From positions 2,016,001-2,080,000 of the forward strand of contig CAXXNF010000002.1 in NCBI GenBank assembly GCA_963666365.2: 64,000 bases of DNA, given 5' to 3'. Shown piece by piece: positions 39,799 to 49,545 of this stretch. Under the pieces are notes generated by a model. It did not search any database and was not told the origin of the DNA. It worked only from the letters and a program-made list of their open reading frames with translations. This DNA is from Syntrophales bacterium (GTDB taxonomy: Bacteria; Desulfobacterota; Syntrophia; Syntrophales; UBA2210). Both the position numbers and the translations under genes were made by a program. Each line of letters starts with the position of its first letter. Positions within the stretch are counted from its first letter, which is position 1.

Positions 39799-39912
39799 TC
39801 ACACATCTTTTATGGAAACAGGTTGACTTCGTTCACCAATTTTTCGGCATGCCCTTTTCAGTACTTATAATGCCGGGAAGCATCCCGGCACACATTAAAA
39901 GGAGGTATGTGT

Positions 39913-41256
39913 ATGAATTTTTTCGTAAAAAGATGTGCAATTCTTACCTGTATCTGTGCCCTGGCCCTCTGTTTTCTGGGGACCAGCGCAACGGCCATGC
40001 CGGCCTTCGACATTTACAAAATGTCCGATATGACCGGCTTTGACCCCAATACGTACAAAAACCCCGAAGGTGATGATGTCGTCAAGATAGGCCTGCTTCA
40101 GATTTTTTCGGGTCCCGCCGCGGGAAACGGTGAAATTTTCTGGGCCACCTGCACCTGGAACGCCTACGACATCAACAAGCGGGGCGGTCTTATGGTAGAC
40201 GGGAAGAAGAAAAAGGTCGTTATTCTCAAAGGCGACACCCAGGGAAAACCGACCACCACGAAAAAAGAGGCGGAAAAGCTCTGCCTCGAAGAGAAGGTGG
40301 ATGTCCTCTGGGGGACCTCGGGCAGCCACAACTGCCTCGTCATTCAGAATGTGGCAAAAAAATACAAGACCATTTTCGTCAACACCCTCGGCCTTGCAGA
40401 TACGCTTATGGACGGCAAGAATTTCAATCGCTACACCTTTAAAACTATTCAGTCAACTCAGATGCATGGTGCGGCACTTGCCTACTTCTATTCAAAACGG
40501 CCCGAAAAGAAATTCTACATTCTCAATCAGGACTATGTGTACGGTCATGATATGGCTGCAGGATTTAAACGGGGACTCAAACTGTATAAGCCGGACGCTG
40601 TTATTGTCGGCGAGACCTACCATCCCCTTTTCATGAAGGATATCGCCCCCTACGTCACCAAGATCACGGCCTCCGGCGCTGAGGTGGTCTTCAGTTCTGA
40701 CTGGCTGCCCGACGGCGGCAATCTGCTCAAGACCATGCGCGAACTGGGCGTAAACCTGCCTATCGCCAATATTTACGTCGATGAACCGAACGCACTCACG
40801 GCGGTCGGTATCGAAGGGACGAAGGGTCTGGTCAACCAGAAGGACTTTCTCATCGGCTTTGATACGCCGGAGAGTACCAAGTGGCTTACCGACTGGAATA
40901 ACTGCTGGAAAACATGGTCGAAACCCTATGACAGCCAGCTCTATAAGTGGAATTCGGGAACCCTCGGCCAGGTCATCGAAGACACCTATTGGCTTTTCGA
41001 CGTGATGGAACGCGCGGGCAGCACCGACCCCGAAAAAATCATCGCCACCTGGGAAGGCGATGAATACAAGGCCATCTCTAGGGTGCGTAAAATGCGCGCC
41101 TGTGACCACCATGCGGTAAACGACACCTTCGTCACCGAATACGTATTCCCCAATCCCTTCTTTGACGGCATGGCCGCCGGAAAAGACATCATACGGATCC
41201 CGGCTGAGTATTGCACCCATCCCATACCGGAAGATCTGGACCGATGCAAGAAATAG
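39913..41256 (+). CDS. ABC transporter substrate-binding protein (Liv/HAAT family)
   Basis: Signal peptide, KIG....SG, IN.RGG, QDYVYGHD, MRACDH; SD GGAGG. Confidence 0.88.
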   Translation: MNFFVKRCAILTCICALALCFLGTSATAMPAFDIYKMSDMTGFDPNTYKNPEGDDVVKIGLLQIFSGPAAGNGEIFWATCTWNAYDINKRGGLMVDGKKKKVVILKGDTQGKPTTTKKEAEKLCLEEKVDVLWGTSGSHNCLVIQNVAKKYKTIFVNTLGLADTLMDGKNFNRYTFKTIQSTQMHGAALAYFYSKRPEKKFYILNQDYVYGHDMAAGFKRGLKLYKPDAVIVGETYHPLFMKDIAPYVTKITASGAEVVFSSDWLPDGGNLLKTMRELGVNLPIANIYVDEPNALTAVGIEGTKGLVNQKDFLIGFDTPESTKWLTDWNNCWKTWSKPYDSQLYKWNSGTLGQVIEDTYWLFDVMERAGSTDPEKIIATWEGDEYKAISRVRKMRACDHHAVNDTFVTEYVFPNPFFDGMAAGKDIIRIPAEYCTHPIPEDLDRCKK

Positions 41257-41283
41257 ACCGGTAACGGAGCGGCAATTCACCCC

Positions 41284-41321
41284 GTGGGGATTTCCCTTCT
41301 CCTTAGAAGGGGAATCCCCAC
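41284..41321 (+). terminator. Stable hairpin after the binding-protein gene
   Basis: GTGGGGATTTCCCTTCT-loop-AGAAGGGGAATCCCCAC. Confidence 0.6.
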
Positions 41322-41548
41322 ATGAAAAATTGATGCCTTCATAGCGCGAGAGGGGTGTTTTTTTGCAATGGCCTGTGTTGGAAAAAACGCAAACGTCTCA
41401 AACCTTTTCCATCCTACAGAATATTGAAAATTCATTAACCCATTGCCGGCACAATTATTCCTTTTATGTTTCATATATACATATAGTTACGCTCATAATA
41501 CTGACCCAGGGTCATATTTTTTTTATTTCAGGTATTTTAATTTTTTAC

Positions 41549-41577
41549 TTGACAAGCATCGTCTCTTTGGCTAGGTT
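41549..41577 (+). promoter_or_regulatory. sigma70 promoter with AT-rich upstream element
   Basis: TTGACA-17 nt-TAGGTT preceded by a T-rich tract. Confidence 0.55.
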
Positions 41578-42121
41578 CACCCGGTACCGTAACGCTGAAC
41601 GATCGACCTGTCGGCTCAGGAATGCAGGAGCAAGATCGGCGGTACAGTGAAAGATGTGGGGATGCAACGCAATTCGATCTTTCTCGCTATCAGAAAGTGC
41701 TTCGAAGAGTGAACCGCGGGTATGCAAGGGACCAGAGGATTTTTTGTACCCTTAATCCGATCGAAGACCGAATACATCGAAAGATGGACGTCCCTCTGCT
41801 CGGGATGCGGGTGCAGTGTTTCCCGGCTTCGACTGAACGGCCGGGAAGAGGCATCCTGTGAGCGGTGCAGGGTGGCGCCGCATCATTTCGGACAGAAGAT
41901 GGGCAATGCAGCTCTCTTGGCGGTCTGAATGTGCAACTCGACAAGCGCTCTCCCTTTCTTTCGTACGATTTCCGCGTTAATAGAAGAACGTAGCATTATG
42001 AAATTAGTCATTGCATGACGATACACATGGAAACAATAGCATTTGCCACCTGGACTACAGTGGAAAATGTTATGTTGCGTTTATGATTTTACACAATTAA
42101 CAAGAAAAGGAGATTTAGCGT

Positions 42122-43000
42122 ATGAGTTCGGTTGCTGGGATGTACATCACTCAGGGAATTCACGGGCTGGTTTACGGGATGCTGCTCTTTCTCGTTTCAT
42201 CCGGTCTTACCCTGATATTCGGCATGATGGGTATTTTAAACCTCGCTCACGCCTCGTTCTTCATGCTTGCGGCATATTTTTGTTATGCCGTGCTGCAGGT
42301 GACGGGGAATTTTTGGCTGGCCCTGATTATCTCCCCCGTGGTCGCTGCCTTTTTCGGCGTGCTCGCTGAACGGTTCCTTCTCAGGAAGGTCCATTCCATG
42401 GGTCACGTGGCAGAGTTGCTGCTGACTTTGGGGTTGTCGTTGGTCATTCTCGAGGCCGTCAAGGTGTTCTGGGGAACGGAATCCCTGATCATTACGGTTC
42501 CGGAAACCCTTCAGGGCCTGATAAGCATGGGACAGCACATTCAGTATCCGATATACCGGCTCTTCATCATCGTGGTCGCCTGCGTCGTCCTCCTCTTTAT
42601 GGCACTGATTCTCTTTAAAACGAGACTTGGAAAGATTGTGCGCGCCTCGGTGACCAATTCCGAAATGGTAAGCGCACTGGGAATCAACACGCCCATCGTC
42701 TTCATGCTCGTCTTCGGCATCGGAACCTGGCTCGCCGGTGTCGCCGGCGTCTGCGCCGCCCCCCTGCTGACGGTCTTTCCCGGTATGGCAGACCAGATGG
42801 GAATGGATTGCTTCGTCGTTGTCGTCACAGGAGGCCTTGGAAGTCTTTTGGGCGCCTTCATAGCGGCATTCTCAATCGGGGAGTTGAACGCTTATGGCGT
42901 CCAGTTTGTTCCCCGCCTGGTACCGGTCATTACCTTCGGCTTTATGGTTATTGTTCTGGCTATTAAACCGACCGGGTTCTTCGGCGAAAGGGAGGCATAG
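42122..43000 (+). CDS. livH: Branched-chain amino acid-type ABC permease (LivH-like)
   Basis: GLTLIFGMMGILNLAH, KTRLGKIVRA, GGLGS..GA. Confidence 0.88.
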   Translation: MSSVAGMYITQGIHGLVYGMLLFLVSSGLTLIFGMMGILNLAHASFFMLAAYFCYAVLQVTGNFWLALIISPVVAAFFGVLAERFLLRKVHSMGHVAELLLTLGLSLVILEAVKVFWGTESLIITVPETLQGLISMGQHIQYPIYRLFIIVVACVVLLFMALILFKTRLGKIVRASVTNSEMVSALGINTPIVFMLVFGIGTWLAGVAGVCAAPLLTVFPGMADQMGMDCFVVVVTGGLGSLLGAFIAAFSIGELNAYGVQFVPRLVPVITFGFMVIVLAIKPTGFFGEREA

Positions 43001-43002
43001 CA

Positions 43003-43971
43003 ATGAGCAGAAAGACAAGACTCATAATAGCCTGGATTATCGGCCTTATTATTGCGATCGTACTTCCCCACGTGGTCGGCATCGTCTATACCAACGTCGT
43101 CGTCACCTTTATGATGGATGCCACCTTCGCACTGACCATTAACCTGCTTTTGGGCTTTACGGGGTTGCTTACCTTCGGGCACGCCATGTTTTTCGGCATC
43201 GGCGGCTACGCTGCTGCGCTGGCGCTGACCCATATACCGGGGTTCCCCCTCATCGGCGTGATTTTTTTCTCCGCCATAGCCGCGCTCGTGCTCGGCTTAA
43301 TCGTGGCGCCCCTTCTGGCACGCGTCACCGGCACGGCCTTTGCCATGCTGACCCTGGCATTCGGCCAGCTCCTCTACGTGATCTGTCTTAAATTCAGAGA
43401 AATCACCGGAGGTGAAGACGGCATCGCCGGCTACGACACCCCCCCGATCCATCTCGGATTCACCAATATCGACATCACCGACCCGACCAACTTCTATTAC
43501 TTCGCGCTTGTGGTCATGGGTCTGCTGACCTTCTTTATGTGGTGGCTCACGAAAACGCCCTTCGGCACCGTGATGGTCGGTATCCGCGACAACGCCCTCC
43601 GCGTGGAATATCTCGGCTATCGCGTCAAGCATAGCAAGGCTACAGTTCTGATCATTTCAGGAACGGTCGCCGGTGTGGTGGGCGGCGTCTATGCCCTCTT
43701 TCACAACCTGGTTTCCACCGACGGCGTTCTTACGATATTCGTGTCCTTCTACCCGCTGATGGCCGCCTATATCGGCGGTGTGGCAAGCTTCTTCGGACCC
43801 ATCCTCGGCGCCGCCATTCTCCATATCCTGGACGAACTCACTTCCCGATATACAGAGCGTGTAGACCTTGTGAACGGCATCGTGTTCATCCTGGTGGTCA
43901 TGTACGCTCCCTACGGCGCAATAGGGATCTGGTGGTCCATCAAGGCGCGACTGTTTAAAAAGGCTAACTAA
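43003..43971 (+). CDS. livM: Branched-chain amino acid-type ABC permease (LivM-like)
   Basis: NLLLGFTGLLTFGHAMFFG, FAMLTLAFG, TGGEDG, IRDN..R. Confidence 0.88.
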   Translation: MSRKTRLIIAWIIGLIIAIVLPHVVGIVYTNVVVTFMMDATFALTINLLLGFTGLLTFGHAMFFGIGGYAAALALTHIPGFPLIGVIFFSAIAALVLGLIVAPLLARVTGTAFAMLTLAFGQLLYVICLKFREITGGEDGIAGYDTPPIHLGFTNIDITDPTNFYYFALVVMGLLTFFMWWLTKTPFGTVMVGIRDNALRVEYLGYRVKHSKATVLIISGTVAGVVGGVYALFHNLVSTDGVLTIFVSFYPLMAAYIGGVASFFGPILGAAILHILDELTSRYTERVDLVNGIVFILVVMYAPYGAIGIWWSIKARLFKKAN

Positions 43972-43983
43972 GGAGGATATCAG

Positions 43984-44730
43984 ATGAATATATTAGAGAC
44001 CAGAGGGCTCTACTTCGATTATCACGGTTTGGAGGTGTTGTTCGACATCAACCTCCAGGTTGAAAAGGGTGAACGGCATGCATTGATCGGTCCCAACGGC
44101 GCCGGAAAGACAACGCTGTTCAACGTCATTATCGGCGGATTGATTCCCCGCCGCGGACATGTCATATTCAAAGAGCATGACATCACCCGCGCCACACCGC
44201 ACGAACTGTTCCGGCACGGAATGGGCCGGTCCTTTCAGATCACCAGCACCTTTCAACGGCAGACACCCTTTCAGAACATCAGGTCCGCCATTCTCTCAAA
44301 GCGGGGCATCCGCTTCAACATGTGGCGCCTCGTCGATAAACTGCACGACGTCACGAAAGAGACAGACGATGTCTTGAAGCGGCTCAATTTGTATGCCGAA
44401 CGGGATTTTCCCGCGTCCGCGCTGTCCTATGGGAAGAACCGCTCGCTGGAATTCGGCATGGCGGTGGCTTCCGATCCCGACCTTGTCATGCTGGACGAAC
44501 CGACCGCCGGTATGTCGCGTGACGAGACCCACGCAGCGGTCGAGCTGATCCGCACCCTTACCGAGGGGAAGACACTGGTGATCATCGAGCATGACATGGA
44601 CGTGGTGTTTTCACTGGCCGATCGGATCACCGTGCTCCATCACGGGGAGATTCTGGCGACGGGAGCTCCCAGCGATATTAAAAACAATCAACAGGTAAAA
44701 GATGCCTATCTGGGTGAAACGGAGGTATAA
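43984..44730 (+). CDS. livG: ABC ATP-binding protein (LivG-like)
   Basis: GPNGAGKTT, LSYG, LDEPTAG, IEHDM, AYLG. Confidence 0.9.
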   Translation: MNILETRGLYFDYHGLEVLFDINLQVEKGERHALIGPNGAGKTTLFNVIIGGLIPRRGHVIFKEHDITRATPHELFRHGMGRSFQITSTFQRQTPFQNIRSAILSKRGIRFNMWRLVDKLHDVTKETDDVLKRLNLYAERDFPASALSYGKNRSLEFGMAVASDPDLVMLDEPTAGMSRDETHAAVELIRTLTEGKTLVIIEHDMDVVFSLADRITVLHHGEILATGAPSDIKNNQQVKDAYLGETEV

Positions 44731-44732
44731 GA

Positions 44733-45446
44733 ATGCTTCTCGAAGTAAAAGATCTTAATACATACTACGGCGAAAGTCACGTGCTGCAGGGCATCTCCTT
44801 GACTGTTGACACCGGTGAGCTTGTATGCCTTCTCGGAAGAAACGGCATGGGAAAGAGCACCACGCTCAAAAGCATAATGGGAATTGTGAAACCGAAATCC
44901 GGGTCCATTGTATTCAAGGGGCAGGAGATTCTTCAGATGCCCGCCCATAAAACAGCACGGGTCGGAATAGGCTATGTTCCTGAAACAAGGGAAATATTCC
45001 CCAATCTGACCGTTACGGACAATCTACTTCTCGGAATTAAAAAAGGAAAATACTCTCATGACCTTGCCGACGAATGGACGCTCGAGCGCATTTATGAGCA
45101 TTTTCCCATTCTGAAGACACGGGGAAGCAATAAGGGGTTTCAGCTCTCCGGCGGCGAGCAGCAGATGCTGACCATTGCACGCACGCTGATGGGCAATCCC
45201 GAACTGCTCCTTATCGACGAACCGACGGAGGGATTGGCGCCGGTTATGGTGGAGGAGGTGCGCGACGTGCTCATCGAAATCAATAAAGCCGGCGTTGCCA
45301 TTCTCCTGGTCGAACATAACATCAAGGTTGCCCTTGCCATGGCCCACCGTCTGTACCTCATGGGTAAGGCCCATGTGGGATTTGTGGGGACTCCGGAAGA
45401 TCTGGCAAAACAGCCCGAAATCAAGCAGCAGTATCTGGAAGTATAA
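44733..45446 (+). CDS. livF: ABC ATP-binding protein (LivF-like)
   Basis: GRNGMGKST, LSGGEQQML, DEPTEGLAP. Confidence 0.9.
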   Translation: MLLEVKDLNTYYGESHVLQGISLTVDTGELVCLLGRNGMGKSTTLKSIMGIVKPKSGSIVFKGQEILQMPAHKTARVGIGYVPETREIFPNLTVTDNLLLGIKKGKYSHDLADEWTLERIYEHFPILKTRGSNKGFQLSGGEQQMLTIARTLMGNPELLLIDEPTEGLAPVMVEEVRDVLIEINKAGVAILLVEHNIKVALAMAHRLYLMGKAHVGFVGTPEDLAKQPEIKQQYLEV

Positions 45447-45461
45447 GTAATTACGTGTACC

Positions 45462-45502
45462 GAGGCGAGGTCCTCTACCTGGACCTCGCCTCTCTTTCTC
45501 TT
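45462..45502 (+). terminator. Rho-independent terminator
   Basis: GAGGCGAGGTCC-loop-GGACCTCGCCTC followed by a pyrimidine tract. Confidence 0.65.
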
Positions 45503-45720
45503 CTAATGCTCGGCAGAACTGGATGCGCCTGTGGATGATCAGTATATCTATACCACTTCAAGGAAGGCTCTCTTCGGTCGCCGGTATTTTCATTCCCATC
45601 ATCAACACACTGATTTCTGTGCACCAAGGGTGTCCATGAGGGCATCGCCGTGGAACCCCATATCGACGACCTCGGCGCCGTCATCGGGATCACCCGTAAT
45701 CAAATACGTGAGGGGGTAGT

Positions 45721-47397
45721 ATGATGCAAGACAGACCATGGCAACGGCACTACGACTATAATGTGCCCGCGGAAATTCGTTATCCACGCTTACCTGTTTC
45801 GGAACTTCTTCAAATCCCTGCGAACGCCTATCCGGATAAGGCGGCATTGAGTTTTTTCGGAACGGAAATCACCTTCTGGGAATTACGCCAGCAAGTGCTG
45901 AGAATGGCAAACGCCTTGGGGAAACTGGGTATCAAAAAAGGGGATCGTGTGGGCATTCACCTCCCCAATTGCCCGCAATATCCCATCGCATATTACGCAA
46001 CCCTTTCGCTGGGGGCGATCGTCGTCAATATGAATCCCCTGTATACGGCGGAAGAATTGAAATTAATTTCCGAAGTGACTGAGATAAAGGCCCTCATCAC
46101 TTTTGATATGGCCTTGGCCACTATCCGTGCATTGGCAAAGCAGGTAAAAATACCAAAGGTGATTGTCACGGCGGTAACCGATTATATCCAGGGAATGCCG
46201 CTCAGCTCTGCGAAAAGCCTCGACCTTGAGGAAGGATGGCTCCATTTTACTACACTGCTTGAAGATAGTTCCGACACTCGGCTTTCCCGTGTCATGATTT
46301 TACCTGACGATCCGGCGGTTATCCAGTTTACGGGCGGGACTACCGGTGTGCCCAAAGGCGCCGTTCTCGCCCATGGCACCATCATATCCGGTGTGCTGAA
46401 CTGCGCTCTCTGGGGAAACCCGACGATTTCGCTGACTCCTCCTGAAAAACGCAATGTGCTGGCCGTGCTCCCCTACTTTCATGTATACGGGAATATCGTC
46501 GTGATGAACTGGGCGATTTGGAGCTGCGCGACACAGATACAGGTGCCCCGTTTCGAAATTGACGAACTCTTTGCCACCATGGCAAATTTTGAACAGATTA
46601 CGTTCTTCCCCACCGTTCCCACACTGATTACGGCCCTGGTAAACCATCCCAAGGCAGCGGAACAGAATCTCGGCAAAAAGCTGGGGCTGCTCAACAGCGG
46701 GGCCGCACCAATGCCGGTGGAACTCATTGAACGGGTGAAAGACATGGGCATCTTCTTCAGCGAAGGGTGGGGTATGAGTGAAACGACCTCCGTGGGCATG
46801 TCAAACCCGATCCTGGGCCTCAAAAAGGCTGGAAGCATTGGAATACCGATCCCCGGCGCCAATATTCGGCTGGTAGATCTTCAGGATGGGACCGAAGATG
46901 TAAAGAAGGGGGAACCAGGTGAAATAATCATCAATGCCCCCTTTGTCATGAAGGAGTATTGGAACAATCCGGAAGAGACCGCAGGGCAGCTCAAGGATGG
47001 GTGGCTTTACACGGGCGATATCGCTGTCCAGGATGAAGATGATTACTTCTTTATCGTTGACCGTAAAAAAGACATGATCATCGCCGGCGGCTTTAACATT
47101 TACCCCCGCGATGTGGATGAGGTTCTTTATCAGCATCCGAAAATACAGGATGCCGTTACCGTCGGCGTTCCCCATGAATACAGGGGAGAGACGGTAAAAG
47201 CCTTCGTCGTGGCCAAAGAAGGAGAGACGGTGACGGAAGACGAGGTCATTGCCTTTTGTAAAGAAAAACTTACTGCCTACAAGGTTCCCAAACTTGTCGA
47301 GTTCAGAAAGGAGCTTCCCAAATCCGCCGTAGGCAAAGTGCTTCGCAAGGTCCTTCGGGAAGAGGAGATTGCCAAGCAGAAGGCACAGAAAGAATGA
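45721..47397 (+). CDS. Long-chain-fatty-acid--CoA ligase (FadD-like)
   Basis: FTGGTTGVPKG, GWGMSET, TGDI, DRKKDMII.GGFNIYP, LPKSAVGK. Confidence 0.92.
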   Translation: MMQDRPWQRHYDYNVPAEIRYPRLPVSELLQIPANAYPDKAALSFFGTEITFWELRQQVLRMANALGKLGIKKGDRVGIHLPNCPQYPIAYYATLSLGAIVVNMNPLYTAEELKLISEVTEIKALITFDMALATIRALAKQVKIPKVIVTAVTDYIQGMPLSSAKSLDLEEGWLHFTTLLEDSSDTRLSRVMILPDDPAVIQFTGGTTGVPKGAVLAHGTIISGVLNCALWGNPTISLTPPEKRNVLAVLPYFHVYGNIVVMNWAIWSCATQIQVPRFEIDELFATMANFEQITFFPTVPTLITALVNHPKAAEQNLGKKLGLLNSGAAPMPVELIERVKDMGIFFSEGWGMSETTSVGMSNPILGLKKAGSIGIPIPGANIRLVDLQDGTEDVKKGEPGEIIINAPFVMKEYWNNPEETAGQLKDGWLYTGDIAVQDEDDYFFIVDRKKDMIIAGGFNIYPRDVDEVLYQHPKIQDAVTVGVPHEYRGETVKAFVVAKEGETVTEDEVIAFCKEKLTAYKVPKLVEFRKELPKSAVGKVLRKVLREEEIAKQKAQKE

Positions 47398-47465
47398 AAG
47401 CAGCAGCCTCACAGTGTTCAGGGAAGGCAGTAAGAATCCGCGCATTGTGAAATAAAAATCATGTA

Positions 47466-47497
47466 AAAGGCCGCATGATTCACTTCATGCGGCCTTT
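47466..47497. terminator. Bidirectional terminator hairpin
   Basis: AAAGGCCGCATGA...TCATGCGGCCTTT between convergent genes. Confidence 0.7.
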
Positions 47498-47524
47498 CAG
47501 CATCCTGTGCAGTTATTTCCCTGC

Positions 47525-48349
47525 TTACATCTTGCCCCGTTCCTGGGCACGCTTGAAGACAGACGTAATGGCCAGCTCGGTGCCCAGCTCTCTTCCGGCA
47601 GCCTCAGTGGGCGCGAAGTGCCGCACGAAATCGATTTCCTTGTCCGTGGGACGCTCCGTCACCGATAAATCGGGAGACACTTTTAGTTCCCAGGGAATAT
47701 CCTTCTTTATGTCTTCCACGGTGATCCCGGGGTGGATCTTGTCGAGATACATCTCTTTCGTCTCAGAATCGAATCGGAAGACTCCCTTGGTGGTCAGCAG
47801 CATGGATGGTCCCGAATCCTTCGGGAACAGTCCCGAATCGTTCCTGCTTGTACCGCCGGTGAGGTGCCCCGGGGAGGTAAAGTATTCGAGCTTCTCCACA
47901 AACTGACCGCCCCGCATGGTAAGAACGGTGCGCTTCGCATAGGAAATAAAATCGGCGGCGCCGCCTGAGCCGGGAAGTCTGAGGTCGGGCTTGTAATAGT
48001 CTCCAATGCAGGTTGTGTTGAGGTTTCCGTACTTGTCCATCTGCCCAACCCCCAAAAAGCACACATCGACGAAGCCGCGATAGGTCATGGTAAATGCGGA
48101 AAAGAGATCGGTGGAGTAGGAAAACCCCCTGCATGAATGGGCGTCGGCAATGTGGTTGAGCGGCACCAGCGGTTCGAAATCGATGATCCCCGATTCCATC
48201 ATCAGGGTGGCGTGGGGCGCATAGAGCGCCTTGGCCAGTGCGCCTGCCGTAGTGGGAAGTCCGACGCCAAGAATGACGTTCTCGTAGTCTTTGATCTCCT
48301 TGGCACAGGTGATGATCAAAAGTTCGTTCAGCGTATATTTTTTACTCAT
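47525..48349 (-). CDS. Family I CoA-transferase beta subunit (GctB-like)
   Basis: GVGLP, MESG catalytic Glu, Q.DKYGNLNTT, RLPGSGGAAD, TSPG; start MSKKY at 48349. Confidence 0.88.
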   Translation of the reverse strand: MSKKYTLNELLIITCAKEIKDYENVILGVGLPTTAGALAKALYAPHATLMMESGIIDFEPLVPLNHIADAHSCRGFSYSTDLFSAFTMTYRGFVDVCFLGVGQMDKYGNLNTTCIGDYYKPDLRLPGSGGAADFISYAKRTVLTMRGGQFVEKLEYFTSPGHLTGGTSRNDSGLFPKDSGPSMLLTTKGVFRFDSETKEMYLDKIHPGITVEDIKKDIPWELKVSPDLSVTERPTDKEIDFVRHFAPTEAAGRELGTELAITSVFKRAQERGKM

Positions 48350-49391
48350 AGAGCATGTTCCTTTCTTCGAATGTCTTCTCAAGCTCTTCCAGGGTGATGC
48401 CCATGGTCCGCTCCAACCCGTTTTCATCCCAGGCGGAGCCGAAGGCCGAGCCGTAGTTTGCCGGCGCTGAATAGAAGGCCTTGGCCTTGAGTTTGTCCAG
48501 CATACCCATCCCGAATTTTTGTGCATAGTGATCGAGATAGGCCTCCCGATCCTGGCAGCCGTAGACCCATTCGTCCATCCAGGCTTTTGCTCCGTCACCG
48601 GTGGCATTGGCCATCATGAACATGCCGTAAAAGAAACGATCCATATTATAGTATCCCAACACCTCCGTGGGGTGGGCGCCCCAGGGAACCTCAACAACGG
48701 CATTCACCCTGTAGGCGGGAATGATCGTTAAATGGGGGCTTGACTGAATGATGTCGTGCTCGACGATTTCTTCGCAGGTGACAATGATTTTTTTACTGCA
48801 GAGCGCCGCGGCGGCAACGCTTCCCATGGAACCCCAGTACTGGGCGTTGCCCTGTCTGTCCGCCCGCTGTACATGAATGATGCACACATCGGGGTTGGCC
48901 GCGGGTACCGTGAGAATATCCTTCCCCGTATAGGGGCACTTGATGACGCGGTACTTGTCTTCCCCCATAAAGCCGCGCTTTCTGAACAGATCCGTGGCCA
49001 TCACGCCTTCCAGAACCTGAATGAAGGGGAATCCGTGCATCCCGGCAACCAGCCGGGCATTGTAATTGAAATTGGTGTAATCCTCCCATTCGAGCGTTCC
49101 CGCCTGCATCGCCCGCTCGACGGCGCCACCCCCTTTTTTACCGCCGGAGCGCAGCACATAGGTACTCACCAGACGGTCCACGGCGCCGGCATTGACCAAC
49201 ACATCGACATCGAGAATACCTGACTGTGAAAAGATGGTGAAACCCTTCTTCCCTTGTCTGCAAATCTCGTAGATAAGTTCGCAACAGGTGCCGACCGTGT
49301 AATTGCCGATGATCAGCTCATCGCCGTCATTGACAAACCGGCTGACCGCCTCTTTGGCGCTCATCACTTTGTTTCCGTTGTTCTGTGACAT
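48342..49391 (-). CDS. Family I CoA-transferase alpha subunit (GctA-like)
   Basis: EAV..FV.DGD, CPYTG, PDV.IIHVQRAD..GN, VTCEEIV, PWGAHPT. Confidence 0.88.
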   Translation of the reverse strand: MSQNNGNKVMSAKEAVSRFVNDGDELIIGNYTVGTCCELIYEICRQGKKGFTIFSQSGILDVDVLVNAGAVDRLVSTYVLRSGGKKGGGAVERAMQAGTLEWEDYTNFNYNARLVAGMHGFPFIQVLEGVMATDLFRKRGFMGEDKYRVIKCPYTGKDILTVPAANPDVCIIHVQRADRQGNAQYWGSMGSVAAAALCSKKIIVTCEEIVEHDIIQSSPHLTIIPAYRVNAVVEVPWGAHPTEVLGYYNMDRFFYGMFMMANATGDGAKAWMDEWVYGCQDREAYLDHYAQKFGMGMLDKLKAKAFYSAPANYGSAFGSAWDENGLERTMGITLEELEKTFEERNMLYE

Positions 49392-49545
49392 AGAACCTCC
49401 TTTTCCTGGATCTTCTTATGATCGTGAAACGACCTTCAAGGCGGAACGTTGCCCTGCCTCAGCAGGGAGTTCCCCCCTTTTACCCTGCAACATACCGGAA
49501 ACAGCGCTGTCGCACGCTTTTATCCTGCATATACCCGAAGCCCCC

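Noticed and set aside
39844..39860. sigma54-like CGGCATGCCCTTTTCA
   Set aside because: The -12 GC is missing; too weak to call
41710..41712. TGA in frame with the 41722-41928 ORF as a second selenocysteine
   Set aside because: No recognisable family motif, no CxxU context and no convincing SECIS hairpin
48350..48607. N-terminal extension of the CoA-transferase beta ORF
   Set aside because: Overlaps the alpha subunit; the likely start is 48349
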